Source: a virus. From it: a DNA stretch of 64,000 bases. The notes below the pieces were generated by a model. The model was not told the DNA's origin, did not search any database, and saw only the letters and a list, made by a program, of their open reading frames with translations. A program made the position numbers and the translations under genes. The DNA lies in IMG/VR virus record IMGVR_UViG_3300045988_051021; one strand, given 5' to 3'. Each line of letters starts with the position of its first letter. Within the stretch, counting starts at the first letter, position 1. Positions 9,589 through 18,429 of this stretch are shown here, piece by piece.

Positions 9589-10085
9589 TGCTGAAGTATG
9601 TTAATTATGATATAGTCTTCCAGGAGATACCAAATGAAACTACACTTGCTATTAACATCTCAAACTGCCCTTGTCATTGTAAGGGCTGTCATAGTTCTTA
9701 CTTGGCAGAGGATATTGGAGAACTTTTAACCGAAAGGGAGTTGGAGAAACTCATTAGAGAGAATAAAGGAATCACTTGTATCTCTTTCATGGGTGGAGAT
9801 TCAGACCCAGAGGAAATAAATAGACTAGCACAGCATGTGCCATATTGCTATGGTGGAGAGGAACTCCTAATAGCCTGGTATAGTGGTAGACAGGAGTTAT
9901 CTAAGGATATTGATATTAAGAACTTTAACTTTATAAAGTTAGGCCCTTATATTGAAGAATTAGGTGGCTTAAAGAGTCCCACAACTAACCAAAGAATGTA
10001 TGAGGTTAAAATGAGTAGAGAGTTAGATGAAGATGGTAATCCTGTTTATGGTCTGGAAGATATTACAAACTTATTCTGGAAATGA
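9588..10085 (+). CDS. nrdG: anaerobic RNR activating protein (radical SAM)
   Basis: CPCHCKGC = CxxxCxxC radical-SAM cluster motif, then ISFMGGDS; adjacent to nrdD. The track start 9537 is GTG; ATG candidates are 9579 and 9588. Confidence 0.85.
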   Translation: MLKYVNYDIVFQEIPNETTLAINISNCPCHCKGCHSSYLAEDIGELLTERELEKLIRENKGITCISFMGGDSDPEEINRLAQHVPYCYGGEELLIAWYSGRQELSKDIDIKNFNFIKLGPYIEELGGLKSPTTNQRMYEVKMSRELDEDGNPVYGLEDITNLFWK

Positions 10086-11503
10086 ACATTAAACTACCCT
10101 TTAATGGGTATTCGTCAAGGAGGATAGGAGAACCTAAAAGACCTCGCATTACTCTGGCGGAGGAGCAGATAAAGGCTTTAGAGAGAATGAAAGACTTTCT
10201 AAATACAGAGGAGCCAGTACTAGTATTACAAGGTTATGCTGGTACTGGTAAAACCTCTATCCTTAATGAGTATATTCAATTCTTAAGGTCTAATAGAGAA
10301 GATTTCATATTATGTGCTCCTACACATAAAGCTAAGTTAGTAGTGGAGGAGGTTACTGGTGAAGAGGCAATGACTGTTCATAAGCTGTTATCCCTTGCTC
10401 CTAACATAGAGATATTTGAATTAGACTACAAAGATTTAAAATTCCAATGTAATGGCTTTGGTGAAATACCTGATAACGGTATTGTGATTATAGATGAAGC
10501 ATCTATGATTAATGATGAAATATACAAGTTACTACTTGATATGTGTAATCAATATGGAACTAAGTTACTATTCATTGGAGATAAGGCTCAAATACAGCCT
10601 GTGTGTAGTAAGAGTACAAGTTTAGTATTTAATTGCCCAAACATTATTACACTAACTCAAATTCATAGACAAGCTGATACTAATGGACTATTGCCGTTAT
10701 TATCAAGACTAAGAGAGAGACCCATGCGGAGATTTGAACCTATCAAAGCCCCCGAAGGGTCTTTAATTATATGTGACCAAGCCAAAGATTTTATGGTCAG
10801 GAGTGCTGGCTTCTTTAAGCAAGCTATTAAGAAGCAGGACGTTAACGAAGTAAAGCTTATAGCATATACTAATGCTAGAGTACAAGGATTCAATCAATGT
10901 ATGAGGAAGCTGCTTTGGGAGGATAATGTAGCCAATGAGTATAATCAGTTCGAGTTCTTGACTGGTTATGAGAACTTTGAGTATAATAGTACTCAGTTTT
11001 ACAATTCTTTGGACTATATAATAGTGGATACTCCTAAGAGGGTAGAAAGGCATATTCCACATTTTATGAGGATGCCTGGGTATGAGCTTGAACTATATGA
11101 TACAGTGTATAAGAAGTTATTAACTGTATTTATATTAGAAAGAGACATCAACAAAGACTATATAGACAGCCTTGCTGCTACAATAGAGAATTTTAGAATA
11201 TCTGCTATTGAGGCTAAGAGAAATGGTAACCGTACCAGGTCTACATTCTTATGGAAGAAGTACTTTGAAATGATTAAGAGCTTCGCTACTCCTAGAGATA
11301 TAATGTGGGATAATAGGGTTATTAAAAAGAAGACATTCGACTATGGGTATGCATCAACTATTCATAAGATTCAAGGAAGCTCTCTTGGAACAGTGTTCAT
11401 TGATATGGCAAACGTTCTTGTTTGTAAGAATGTTGACGAGATTAGGCAGATGCAATATGTATCATTGTCAAGAACTAAAACAGATGCTTATATATTAGTA
11501 TAA
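10082..11503 (+). CDS. SF1 DNA helicase (RecD/Dda/Pif1-like)
   Basis: Walker A GYAGTGKTS; motif II IIDEASM; motif III GDKAQIQPV; motif V STIHKIQGSS; motif VI YVSLSRTKTDAYIL. Confidence 0.9.
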   Translation: MNIKLPFNGYSSRRIGEPKRPRITLAEEQIKALERMKDFLNTEEPVLVLQGYAGTGKTSILNEYIQFLRSNREDFILCAPTHKAKLVVEEVTGEEAMTVHKLLSLAPNIEIFELDYKDLKFQCNGFGEIPDNGIVIIDEASMINDEIYKLLLDMCNQYGTKLLFIGDKAQIQPVCSKSTSLVFNCPNIITLTQIHRQADTNGLLPLLSRLRERPMRRFEPIKAPEGSLIICDQAKDFMVRSAGFFKQAIKKQDVNEVKLIAYTNARVQGFNQCMRKLLWEDNVANEYNQFEFLTGYENFEYNSTQFYNSLDYIIVDTPKRVERHIPHFMRMPGYELELYDTVYKKLLTVFILERDINKDYIDSLAATIENFRISAIEAKRNGNRTRSTFLWKKYFEMIKSFATPRDIMWDNRVIKKKTFDYGYASTIHKIQGSSLGTVFIDMANVLVCKNVDEIRQMQYVSLSRTKTDAYILV

Positions 11504-11514
11504 TCCGACTAAAC

Positions 11515-11796
11515 ATGACTGTAAAAATAATCTATAGTGAGGCTTGTATGCCCTTTAAGAATAAAATAGTGGCATATATCTGGGAGAAATTTCCTAAGAT
11601 AGAAGTTGAAACTTACGATGAACTACATTACAAGGATAAGAAGAAGGCTATTATGATTAAAGCATCATGTGGTACTAGGTTAGTTCCTTTCGTTGCTGTC
11701 TATGATAACAACAAAGAACTAATCAAAGCTTTTTATTCCGAAGTGGGAGATTGTACAGCGGATAACATTATTAAATATTTGAATGAGGTTCAGTGA
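11515..11796 (+). CDS. hypothetical protein (possible thioredoxin/glutaredoxin-like fold, monothiol)
   Basis: 93 aa; pattern VKIIYSEACMPF ... LVPFVAVYD resembles the NrdH/glutaredoxin layout, but only one Cys sits in the active-site position. Confidence 0.45.
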   Translation: MTVKIIYSEACMPFKNKIVAYIWEKFPKIEVETYDELHYKDKKKAIMIKASCGTRLVPFVAVYDNNKELIKAFYSEVGDCTADNIIKYLNEVQ

Positions 11797-12190
11797 AGCA
11801 ATAATGTGGGGAGATAGTTTTATACAGACTACTCTTAAACACAGAGAAGCAAGCCTTAAAGACTTTGTGAGAGTAGGGGGAAACCCTGAACTCCATAGAG
11901 CTTTGAAAGACTCTAAAGTCGGCTATATTAAGATTACTAAAGTCTCTAGTAATGGAGGGTATTTATCCACGGGTGAATCTGAGGAAGGCATTACCGCTGC
12001 ATTTGGAGAAGGTCTTAGTCTTTACATAGCTGACGTAGAACAGTGGTATAGAACATCTGTAATCCAGAAGATTTACTGGGATAAAGGTGAGTTTACCACA
12101 CTAAATTCAAGATACAAATTCGAATTTGAAGAGATTGATTATCACCCTATTCTTGAAGAAATAAAGAATGAAAGTACAAGTAATAAATAA
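11783..12190 (+). CDS. hypothetical protein
   Basis: 135-aa ATG ORF; alternative ATG at 11804. Confidence 0.55.
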   Translation: MRFSEAIMWGDSFIQTTLKHREASLKDFVRVGGNPELHRALKDSKVGYIKITKVSSNGGYLSTGESEEGITAAFGEGLSLYIADVEQWYRTSVIQKIYWDKGEFTTLNSRYKFEFEEIDYHPILEEIKNESTSNK

Positions 12191-12677
12191 ATCTCAATGG
12201 GAACTCCCAAAGTATGAAACCTTATTCTCTGCTGGCATGGATGTCAGAGGAGATTTCAGTAGGATTAAACTAGTAGATAGTAAACCAGAGAAGTTCTTCT
12301 TTGATGCTGATGCTGTTGGTATATTAGAAGGCAAGGTTAAGACTATTGAAATTAAACCTGGAGGTAGATGTCTAATCCCTACTGGTCTATTTGTAGCTAT
12401 TCCACAAGGATATGAGTTGCAATGTAGAATGAGAAGTGGAGTAGCATTAAAGATGGGACTTACTCTTACTAATGGAATTGGTACTATTGATGCTGATTAC
12501 AGAGGTGAGATAGGTATCATCTTAACTAATACATCTAATACTCCTGTTCGCATTAATGATGGTGAGAGACTAATGCAATTAGTTCTTGCTAAGCATGAGG
12601 TAGCTGAATGGGAAGAAGTAGAAGTACTTCCAGAAACAGATAGGGGTGAAGGTGGATTTGGTCATACTGGTAAGTAA
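12168..12677 (+). CDS. dut: dUTP diphosphatase (trimeric dUTPase)
   Basis: The five dUTPase motifs in order: [44 protein letters not shown]. Confidence 0.95.
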   Translation: MKVQVINKSQWELPKYETLFSAGMDVRGDFSRIKLVDSKPEKFFFDADAVGILEGKVKTIEIKPGGRCLIPTGLFVAIPQGYELQCRMRSGVALKMGLTLTNGIGTIDADYRGEIGIILTNTSNTPVRINDGERLMQLVLAKHEVAEWEEVEVLPETDRGEGGFGHTGK

Positions 12678-12898
12678 TGGGAGCAATAGACCCTATCATA
12701 GGTTACAGTCAGAAGATTACAGAGCTTACATCTAAGATTAAGCAATGTGATGATGACGTAGAGGACGCTTATGCTGTAATAGAGAATCTAAAGCAGCATA
12801 AAGCTGACTTAATCAAGGAAAGAGATACTATTATTACTGTTCTTAAAGAGTTCTTATCTCAACCAATATCTATGGCTGAGTTAGACGATGATATGTAA
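12677..12898 (+). CDS. hypothetical coiled-coil protein
   Basis: 73-aa ORF, TAATG coupled on both sides. Confidence 0.5.
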   Translation: MGAIDPIIGYSQKITELTSKIKQCDDDVEDAYAVIENLKQHKADLIKERDTIITVLKEFLSQPISMAELDDDM

Positions 12899-14100
12899 TG
12901 GATATTCTAGTTAGTAAAGACAATAAGGGTAAAATCAGAGTTGTTGAGATTGACTATGAATGGGATGATTCGAGAAGAGGCTTTGTAATAAGAAGACGTA
13001 CTTATCAATATGCTGGTAAAGTATCAGTTCAGCCAGAAATCTGGATATTTACAGGTAAGGCTAAGCGAACTGTTACTGAGCAAGTTAAATTGGAGTATGC
13101 TTCCCATTTGAAGAAGTATCAAGATAAAGGATATAAGCTATTACCATCTAACATCAATATTGATGATAGTAAGGCAGTAGCTGATTTCGTCCAAGAACAG
13201 ATGGGCGAAGGTGTTTCTGACTCTAATGGGTTTAAGAAGCATATGTTGGCTAAACAAGCTGACAAAGTTGCAACCAGTGTATTCGATAAGATTAAGTACT
13301 GGTGGGGAAGTAGGAAGATAGATGGGGTTAGATGCTCCTTCTACTGGAAGGACGGAGAAGTCAGAACTGCCTCTAGAGGTGGTGGTGATTATGATGCTTC
13401 TACTTCCTTTATGCGCCACAATCCCAAACTAATTCAATTCTTTGAAGACCATCCTGATATTGTTTTAGACGGTGAACTATATGAACATGGTAAATCTCTA
13501 CAACAAATTAGTGGAGCTGCAAGATTAGAGAAGGATACAGCTGGAATGGATTGGCTAGAATATTATATCTATGATGTAATGGATAGTTCTAAGACATTTG
13601 AAGAGAGGCTGGAGACTCTTCACGATATTGCTAATGAGTTGGGCTTAAGCTTCAATCCTGAAAGGACTTGGGCTGAAGGTGACTTAAAGTTCCAAATGGT
13701 TCCACAAGAGAAGGTTGTGGGTTGGGCTAATATACAAAAACTACATGACAAGTATGTAGGTGAAGGCTTTGAAGGTATAGTTATTCGTGACCCATCTAAG
13801 GTATATAACTTTGGTGGAAGAACTAATGCTATGATTAAAGTCAAAATGTATAAAGATGCTGAATTTAAAATTGTTGGTTATGAAGATGGTCTACGTCCAG
13901 AAGACATGGTATTCGTATGTGAGACTGAATTAGGTATTAAGTTTGAAGCTAAACCTATGGGTCCACGTGAATTAAAATGGGAATACCTTGACAGAATGGA
14001 TGAAATCATTGGTAAGATGGCTACTGTAAAGTATTTCTATCTTAGTGATGAAGGATGTCCTCTACAACCAGTTCTAAAATGTATTAGGGATTATGAGTAA
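12898..14100 (+). CDS. ATP-dependent DNA ligase with ~130-aa N-terminal extension
   Basis: Motif I RKIDGVR (KxDG), motif III LDGELY, motif IV EGIVIRDP, motif V AMIKVKM; C-terminal OB-like region. Confidence 0.9.
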   Translation: MDILVSKDNKGKIRVVEIDYEWDDSRRGFVIRRRTYQYAGKVSVQPEIWIFTGKAKRTVTEQVKLEYASHLKKYQDKGYKLLPSNINIDDSKAVADFVQEQMGEGVSDSNGFKKHMLAKQADKVATSVFDKIKYWWGSRKIDGVRCSFYWKDGEVRTASRGGGDYDASTSFMRHNPKLIQFFEDHPDIVLDGELYEHGKSLQQISGAARLEKDTAGMDWLEYYIYDVMDSSKTFEERLETLHDIANELGLSFNPERTWAEGDLKFQMVPQEKVVGWANIQKLHDKYVGEGFEGIVIRDPSKVYNFGGRTNAMIKVKMYKDAEFKIVGYEDGLRPEDMVFVCETELGIKFEAKPMGPRELKWEYLDRMDEIIGKMATVKYFYLSDEGCPLQPVLKCIRDYE

Positions 14101-14338
14101 CTATAAAGTACCATATCGTTATGACGTTCATTGGGGTTACATTAATGAGAGTATTGAGCTTAATCCTAGAGATTATCTCGATTGCAATGATGAGTGTGAC
14201 CTAAATGATTCAGTTTATGATGATATACGGGATAGCTTCAGTGTCGGAGACTTAGAGATAGACCAGGCAGAAATGGACTTTAGTCTGCCTAAAGAATTTA
14301 TTGATGAGTGGAGGAGACTTAAAGGCTATGAAATATGA
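14093..14338 (+). CDS. hypothetical acidic protein
   Basis: 81 aa, strongly Asp/Glu-rich; ATGA-type overlap with the ligase gene. Confidence 0.5.
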   Translation: MSNYKVPYRYDVHWGYINESIELNPRDYLDCNDECDLNDSVYDDIRDSFSVGDLEIDQAEMDFSLPKEFIDEWRRLKGYEI

Positions 14339-14630
14339 TATTCCTAGTAAGGTTAGAATAGCTAATCACTGGTATAAAGTAATACTATGCGATTTTATAG
14401 ATAATGGAGATACTTTTGGTTCTCATTGCAATTTAAAGCTTGAAATCAAAGTAGCAGAATGTATGAAGACTGATGAAGGAGAAGTAATTAATCTTACAGA
14501 AGAACAGATTAAGAACTCATTCTGGCATGAGGTATTCCATGCATTTAACTATTACTATAATAAGCAAGATGAGTCGTTAGCACAAACATTCGCCAACTTT
14601 ATGCGTGAATTTGAACTTACACGAGAATGA
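14328..14630 (+). CDS. small HExxH-motif protein (putative zincin-like)
   Basis: FWHEVFHAF contains HEVFH; the track start 14301 is TTG; ATG options are 14304 and 14328. Confidence 0.4.
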   Translation: MKYDIPSKVRIANHWYKVILCDFIDNGDTFGSHCNLKLEIKVAECMKTDEGEVINLTEEQIKNSFWHEVFHAFNYYYNKQDESLAQTFANFMREFELTRE

Positions 14631-14878
14631 ATTATATTGTAGTTTTTAGAAGGGGAGGGATTTTAATGTCCCTCTTCTTTGCTTACAGGGACGAGTCTAA
14701 TGTTGCCTATAAGGAAGGTACATTGATTCGTAATGTAGATGATGTTATAGAAGTAATGGATGAATATTTCTCTCCTGACAATAGTGAGTATGTAATAAGG
14801 GAAACCTTTTTAGATTCAAACACATTTAGGGAGGATAATAAGGACATTACTGAGAATTTAAGGAGGTTTTTACGTTGA
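14627..14878 (+). CDS. hypothetical protein
   Basis: 83-aa ORF, ATGA coupling. Confidence 0.5.
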   Translation: MNYIVVFRRGGILMSLFFAYRDESNVAYKEGTLIRNVDDVIEVMDEYFSPDNSEYVIRETFLDSNTFREDNKDITENLRRFLR

Positions 14879-15183
14879 AGAAAGTAACATTCCTTAAATT
14901 ACTGAGCCTTATATCGAATGTAGGTAAGGACACAGAGAAGTTAGAAGAACTTGGCATTGATGTATGTGAGAGTACATTAGTTAACGGTATGTGTGAATTA
15001 TTTGACACGGTTATGGAAGATGCTTATGGTCAAGGAGGTCTTGAGTGGGTTCAATGGTGGGTCTATGAGAAGTCACGTAACCCAGAACTCAAAGCATTTG
15101 AGACTGATGAGTATGGCAACGATGTTGAAATAATTCATAATGTTGACGAACTGTATGAATATCTTGAAGAACATTATAGCTGA
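14875..15183 (+). CDS. hypothetical protein
   Basis: 102-aa ORF; only a TTG start is available near the upstream stop (TTGA overlap). Confidence 0.45.
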   Translation: MKKVTFLKLLSLISNVGKDTEKLEELGIDVCESTLVNGMCELFDTVMEDAYGQGGLEWVQWWVYEKSRNPELKAFETDEYGNDVEIIHNVDELYEYLEEHYS

Positions 15184-15236
15184 GACTACATTCAGCAAAA
15201 CCTAATAAAGTTTCACTTATAAAACTTAAAGCAACA

Positions 15237-15446
15237 ATGGAATTAACACAATTTGATTTTGGAAAGGCATTGTCCTTTCTAAAGAGTGGTCTAAAAGTGA
15301 CTAATCCGAGAGGTAATATCCTCTTTATGGAGGATGGTAAGGTATATTGTATTCCTAAATCTCAATATCCTAAAGGTAAGAGAGAGGAAGTGAAACTTTA
15401 CTGGGATGCTATTCTTCGTGAAGATTGGAGGCTATTTCAAGAATAG
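15237..15446 (+). CDS. small DUF2829-like protein (Tad2-like candidate)
   Basis: N-terminus FDFGKALSFLKSGLKV and C-terminus WDAILREDWRLF resemble both ends of DUF2829 as I recall it (FGeAlealkxGkkv ... LlaeDWei); shorter than typical members. Confidence 0.4.
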   Translation: MELTQFDFGKALSFLKSGLKVTNPRGNILFMEDGKVYCIPKSQYPKGKREEVKLYWDAILREDWRLFQE

Positions 15447-15511
15447 TCCTGCCATCTATAGATTACCTAATACAAAGATTATTAAGTATGGGTTTTCTAA
15501 ACTTGCTTTAA

Positions 15512-16897
15512 ATGCAATTAACTCAATCACCAAAATTTAACAGAAATTATGCTGCGAAGATTGTAGAGATTAAGGATTTTATTAAACATCCTAATCCAAA
15601 GTGTGAGAGATTAAAATGTTGTACAATTGATGGTTATTCTATTGCCGTAAGTATTGACACCAATCCTGGTACATATGTTTACTTCCCTATAGAATGTGCT
15701 ATTGATGATAGGTTCCTATCCGCCAATAATCTCTTTAGAGATAAGGTTAAGAATGTTGATAAAGGACAAGCTGGATTCTTTGAAGATAACTGTAGGGTGA
15801 AGATAATCAAACTACAAGGCTATCCTTCAGAAGGATTCATTACTCCGATTACCTACCTATATAACTGGCTTACCTTAATTGGGAAGAATAATGAGGTGGT
15901 ACATAAGGTTATTCCTGGCGCCGAGTTTGACTCTGTAGATGGAGAAATCCTATGCAGGAAGTATGTTCCTAAGACTACTTACACTCCTGGTCAACCTAAA
16001 GAAGGTGGCAAGGTTAGGAAGAAACTTAATAGAGTAAAGAAAGTAATTGATACTCAATTTAGGTTTCATTATGACACTACTCTTATTAAGAAGTGTCCGT
16101 CAGTCATTCATCCCAATGACATTATAAGCATCACTGCTAAGGTTCATGGAACCTCTGGTATATCTGCTTATGTGTTATGCGAAAGACCTAAGAAGTGGTA
16201 TGAGAAAGTATTTGAGTTTCTAACTCGTAAGGAGATAGATGACACTCGATATGATTATCTGTGGTCTTCAAGGTCTGTAGTTAAGAATCCATATTACAAT
16301 GAAACTACCAGTGGCGGCTTCTATGGAGTGGATGTATGGAAGTATGCTGATGATGTTATTAGACCTCATCTACAGAAAGGAATGACAGCTTACTACGAGA
16401 TAGTAGGTTATCTGCCAAATGGTAGCGCAATTCAAAAGTTAGGTGGTAAAGCATTTGATTATGGATTTGAACCTCCTAAAAGTGTTGAGGAATACAAGTA
16501 TGGAGAGAACTTTGGAGTACAAATCTATCGTTTAACCTATACTAATCCTGATGGACGTGTATATGAGTTTAGTGCTCGTCAAGTACAACAATGGTGTACT
16601 AAAGAAGGCTTGAAGCCTGTAGAAGAATATTACTATGGCTATGCTAAAGACTTATATCCAGAACTGTCTCTGACTGAGCACTGGAATGAGAACTTCCTAC
16701 AGAGGTTAGCTAGTGATAAGAATTTCTTCATGGAGTGTGAATCTCCAACTTGTAATAACAAAGTTCCTCATGAGGGAATTGTTATTAAGATTGAGAACTC
16801 TCTATCCGAAGCTTATAAGCTGAAGTGTATTAAATTCTTGGAAGGAGAATCTAAATCGCTGGATAAGGGTGAAGTGGACATTGAAACTGAATCATAA
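15512..16897 (+). CDS. RNA ligase (Rnl2/Rnl5-like nucleotidyltransferase) with N-terminal extra domain
   Basis: Motif I AKVHGTS (nt 16139-16156; compare T4 Rnl2 EKIHGTN), motif III YYEIVGY, motif IV HEGIVIKI, motif V YKLKCIKF. Confidence 0.7.
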   Translation: MQLTQSPKFNRNYAAKIVEIKDFIKHPNPKCERLKCCTIDGYSIAVSIDTNPGTYVYFPIECAIDDRFLSANNLFRDKVKNVDKGQAGFFEDNCRVKIIKLQGYPSEGFITPITYLYNWLTLIGKNNEVVHKVIPGAEFDSVDGEILCRKYVPKTTYTPGQPKEGGKVRKKLNRVKKVIDTQFRFHYDTTLIKKCPSVIHPNDIISITAKVHGTSGISAYVLCERPKKWYEKVFEFLTRKEIDDTRYDYLWSSRSVVKNPYYNETTSGGFYGVDVWKYADDVIRPHLQKGMTAYYEIVGYLPNGSAIQKLGGKAFDYGFEPPKSVEEYKYGENFGVQIYRLTYTNPDGRVYEFSARQVQQWCTKEGLKPVEEYYYGYAKDLYPELSLTEHWNENFLQRLASDKNFFMECESPTCNNKVPHEGIVIKIENSLSEAYKLKCIKFLEGESKSLDKGEVDIETES

Positions 16898-16922
16898 AGT
16901 GAAATTTAAGCTTGAATATGTA

Positions 16923-17114
16923 ATGGAAGTGGATGATTTTGAATTGCTAGAGTTAGTCAATGACTATCAAGAGCGTTCTGATGAACCCACTTTCAATACA
17001 TTAGACGACATTCCAGAGGCTTTAATAATTGAAGCCTTAGATGAAGCTAATTATATAGAAGATGAAATTAATTACTATATGATGATTGAAGACTTAAAAA
17101 TTTCTAAATTATGA
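16923..17114 (+). CDS. hypothetical acidic protein
   Basis: The track start 16869 is GTG inside the RNA ligase gene; the first ATG is at 16923; very acidic sequence. Confidence 0.45.
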   Translation: MEVDDFELLELVNDYQERSDEPTFNTLDDIPEALIIEALDEANYIEDEINYYMMIEDLKISKL

Positions 17115-17425
17115 AAAGGTTTCTAATTCATGTTTCTACATATTGGTGTGGAATGGATAGTACATTCAGAGCAGTTGCTGAATCGGAGATAGAGTTATGG
17201 GATTTAGCCGAACAATTAGCTTATGACAACTTTCAGAGTTACGGCTGTGAGAGTGACATAGCTGAGGAAGAAGGTTATGACCCTAATGAAATGACTGATG
17301 AGGATTGGGATGAATTGTGGAGTAGGGTAGATGAAACTGCCTACTATGACTTTACTATAGAAGAATGTGAAGATGATGATGAATGGAATGAGTACAGTGG
17401 AGAAATCTATGGGAAGGACAGTTGA
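17111..17425 (+). CDS. hypothetical highly acidic protein
   Basis: 104 aa with long Asp/Glu runs (EECEDDDEWNE); ATGA coupling. Confidence 0.55.
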   Translation: MKRFLIHVSTYWCGMDSTFRAVAESEIELWDLAEQLAYDNFQSYGCESDIAEEEGYDPNEMTDEDWDELWSRVDETAYYDFTIEECEDDDEWNEYSGEIYGKDS

Positions 17426-17672
17426 TATAACTACTCTTCCTAACCATATCAACAATGAACACGTCCATATCTTTAGATGGCTAGATGGTTGTGGCTGGAC
17501 TATCAAATGTGGTAATATCCACATTGAATCTAGTAATATTGAGGATGCTATTATGGACTTCCTTAAATTTACTAGTGAGCTAGACATAGTACATGAGCAT
17601 AGGGGATATGGATTAGTAGGAAAGGTGGGAGTATTCCACAAAACTATTGATAATCATGGGTATTTCTATTGA
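17409..17672 (+). CDS. hypothetical protein
   Basis: Fills an otherwise 220-nt gap; upstream ATGs (from 17367) lie inside the previous gene. Confidence 0.45.
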   Translation: MGRTVDITTLPNHINNEHVHIFRWLDGCGWTIKCGNIHIESSNIEDAIMDFLKFTSELDIVHEHRGYGLVGKVGVFHKTIDNHGYFY

Positions 17673-17673
17673 A

Positions 17674-18429
17674 ATGTTTAAGTTTTATGAAGTAGGTGGT
17701 AAGATTAGAGATGAACTCTTAGGTCTTACTAATAAGGATGTTGATTACGTAGCTGTGCCTACTGAGGCGTGTTATAGTAGTATTCATCCTCGTGAGTCTC
17801 AACCCTCTCCTGCCAGACTAGTATTTCAGGCACTAAAGAGTTATTTAGAAGAACAGAAATTTGAAATCTTCTTAGTAACTCCAGACTGCTATACAATCCG
17901 AGCTAAATTCCCAGAGGGCTATAAGTATCAAGGAGTAGCTGACTTTGTAATGGCTAGAAAGGAAGTAGGATATATTCCTAATACCAGAACTCCAATAGTT
18001 GAACCAGGTAATCTCTATGATGATTTATCACGTAGAGACTTTACTGTCAATGCTTTAGCTAAAGACCCTGATACTGGAGAAATAATTGATTATTTCGGAG
18101 GTCTTGAAGATATTAAGAAGAGACTTCTTAGGACTCCATTACCTCCTATTGTAACTTTCGATGATGACCCTTTAAGGATTCTCAGAGGTATAAGGTTCTC
18201 TATTACCAAGAGACTACGGGTATCTGAAGATATGTGGCAGGCTATGAAGGCTTATGACTATTTCGACAAAATGCCAGTAGTATCTGAGGAGAGAATAAGG
18301 GAAGAGCTGACAAAGTGCTTTAAGTATAACTCATCTTTAACTCTAGGGTGGTTATCTGAACTTGCTGATTTAAGAGATTACATTTTTAAGAACACTAATT
18401 TATGGCTTAAGCCAACTAGTGAGAAATAG
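17674..18429 (+). CDS. tRNA nucleotidyltransferase (CCA-adding enzyme / poly(A) polymerase family), minimal form
   Basis: VGGKIRDELLG..DVDYV (GGxxRD + DxD, nt 17695-), RRDFTVNAL, DDPLRILRGIRF. About 250 aa, so the usual long tRNA-binding tail is absent. The track start 17647 is TTG; ATGs are at 17656 and 17674. Confidence 0.8.
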   Translation: MFKFYEVGGKIRDELLGLTNKDVDYVAVPTEACYSSIHPRESQPSPARLVFQALKSYLEEQKFEIFLVTPDCYTIRAKFPEGYKYQGVADFVMARKEVGYIPNTRTPIVEPGNLYDDLSRRDFTVNALAKDPDTGEIIDYFGGLEDIKKRLLRTPLPPIVTFDDDPLRILRGIRFSITKRLRVSEDMWQAMKAYDYFDKMPVVSEERIREELTKCFKYNSSLTLGWLSELADLRDYIFKNTNLWLKPTSEK

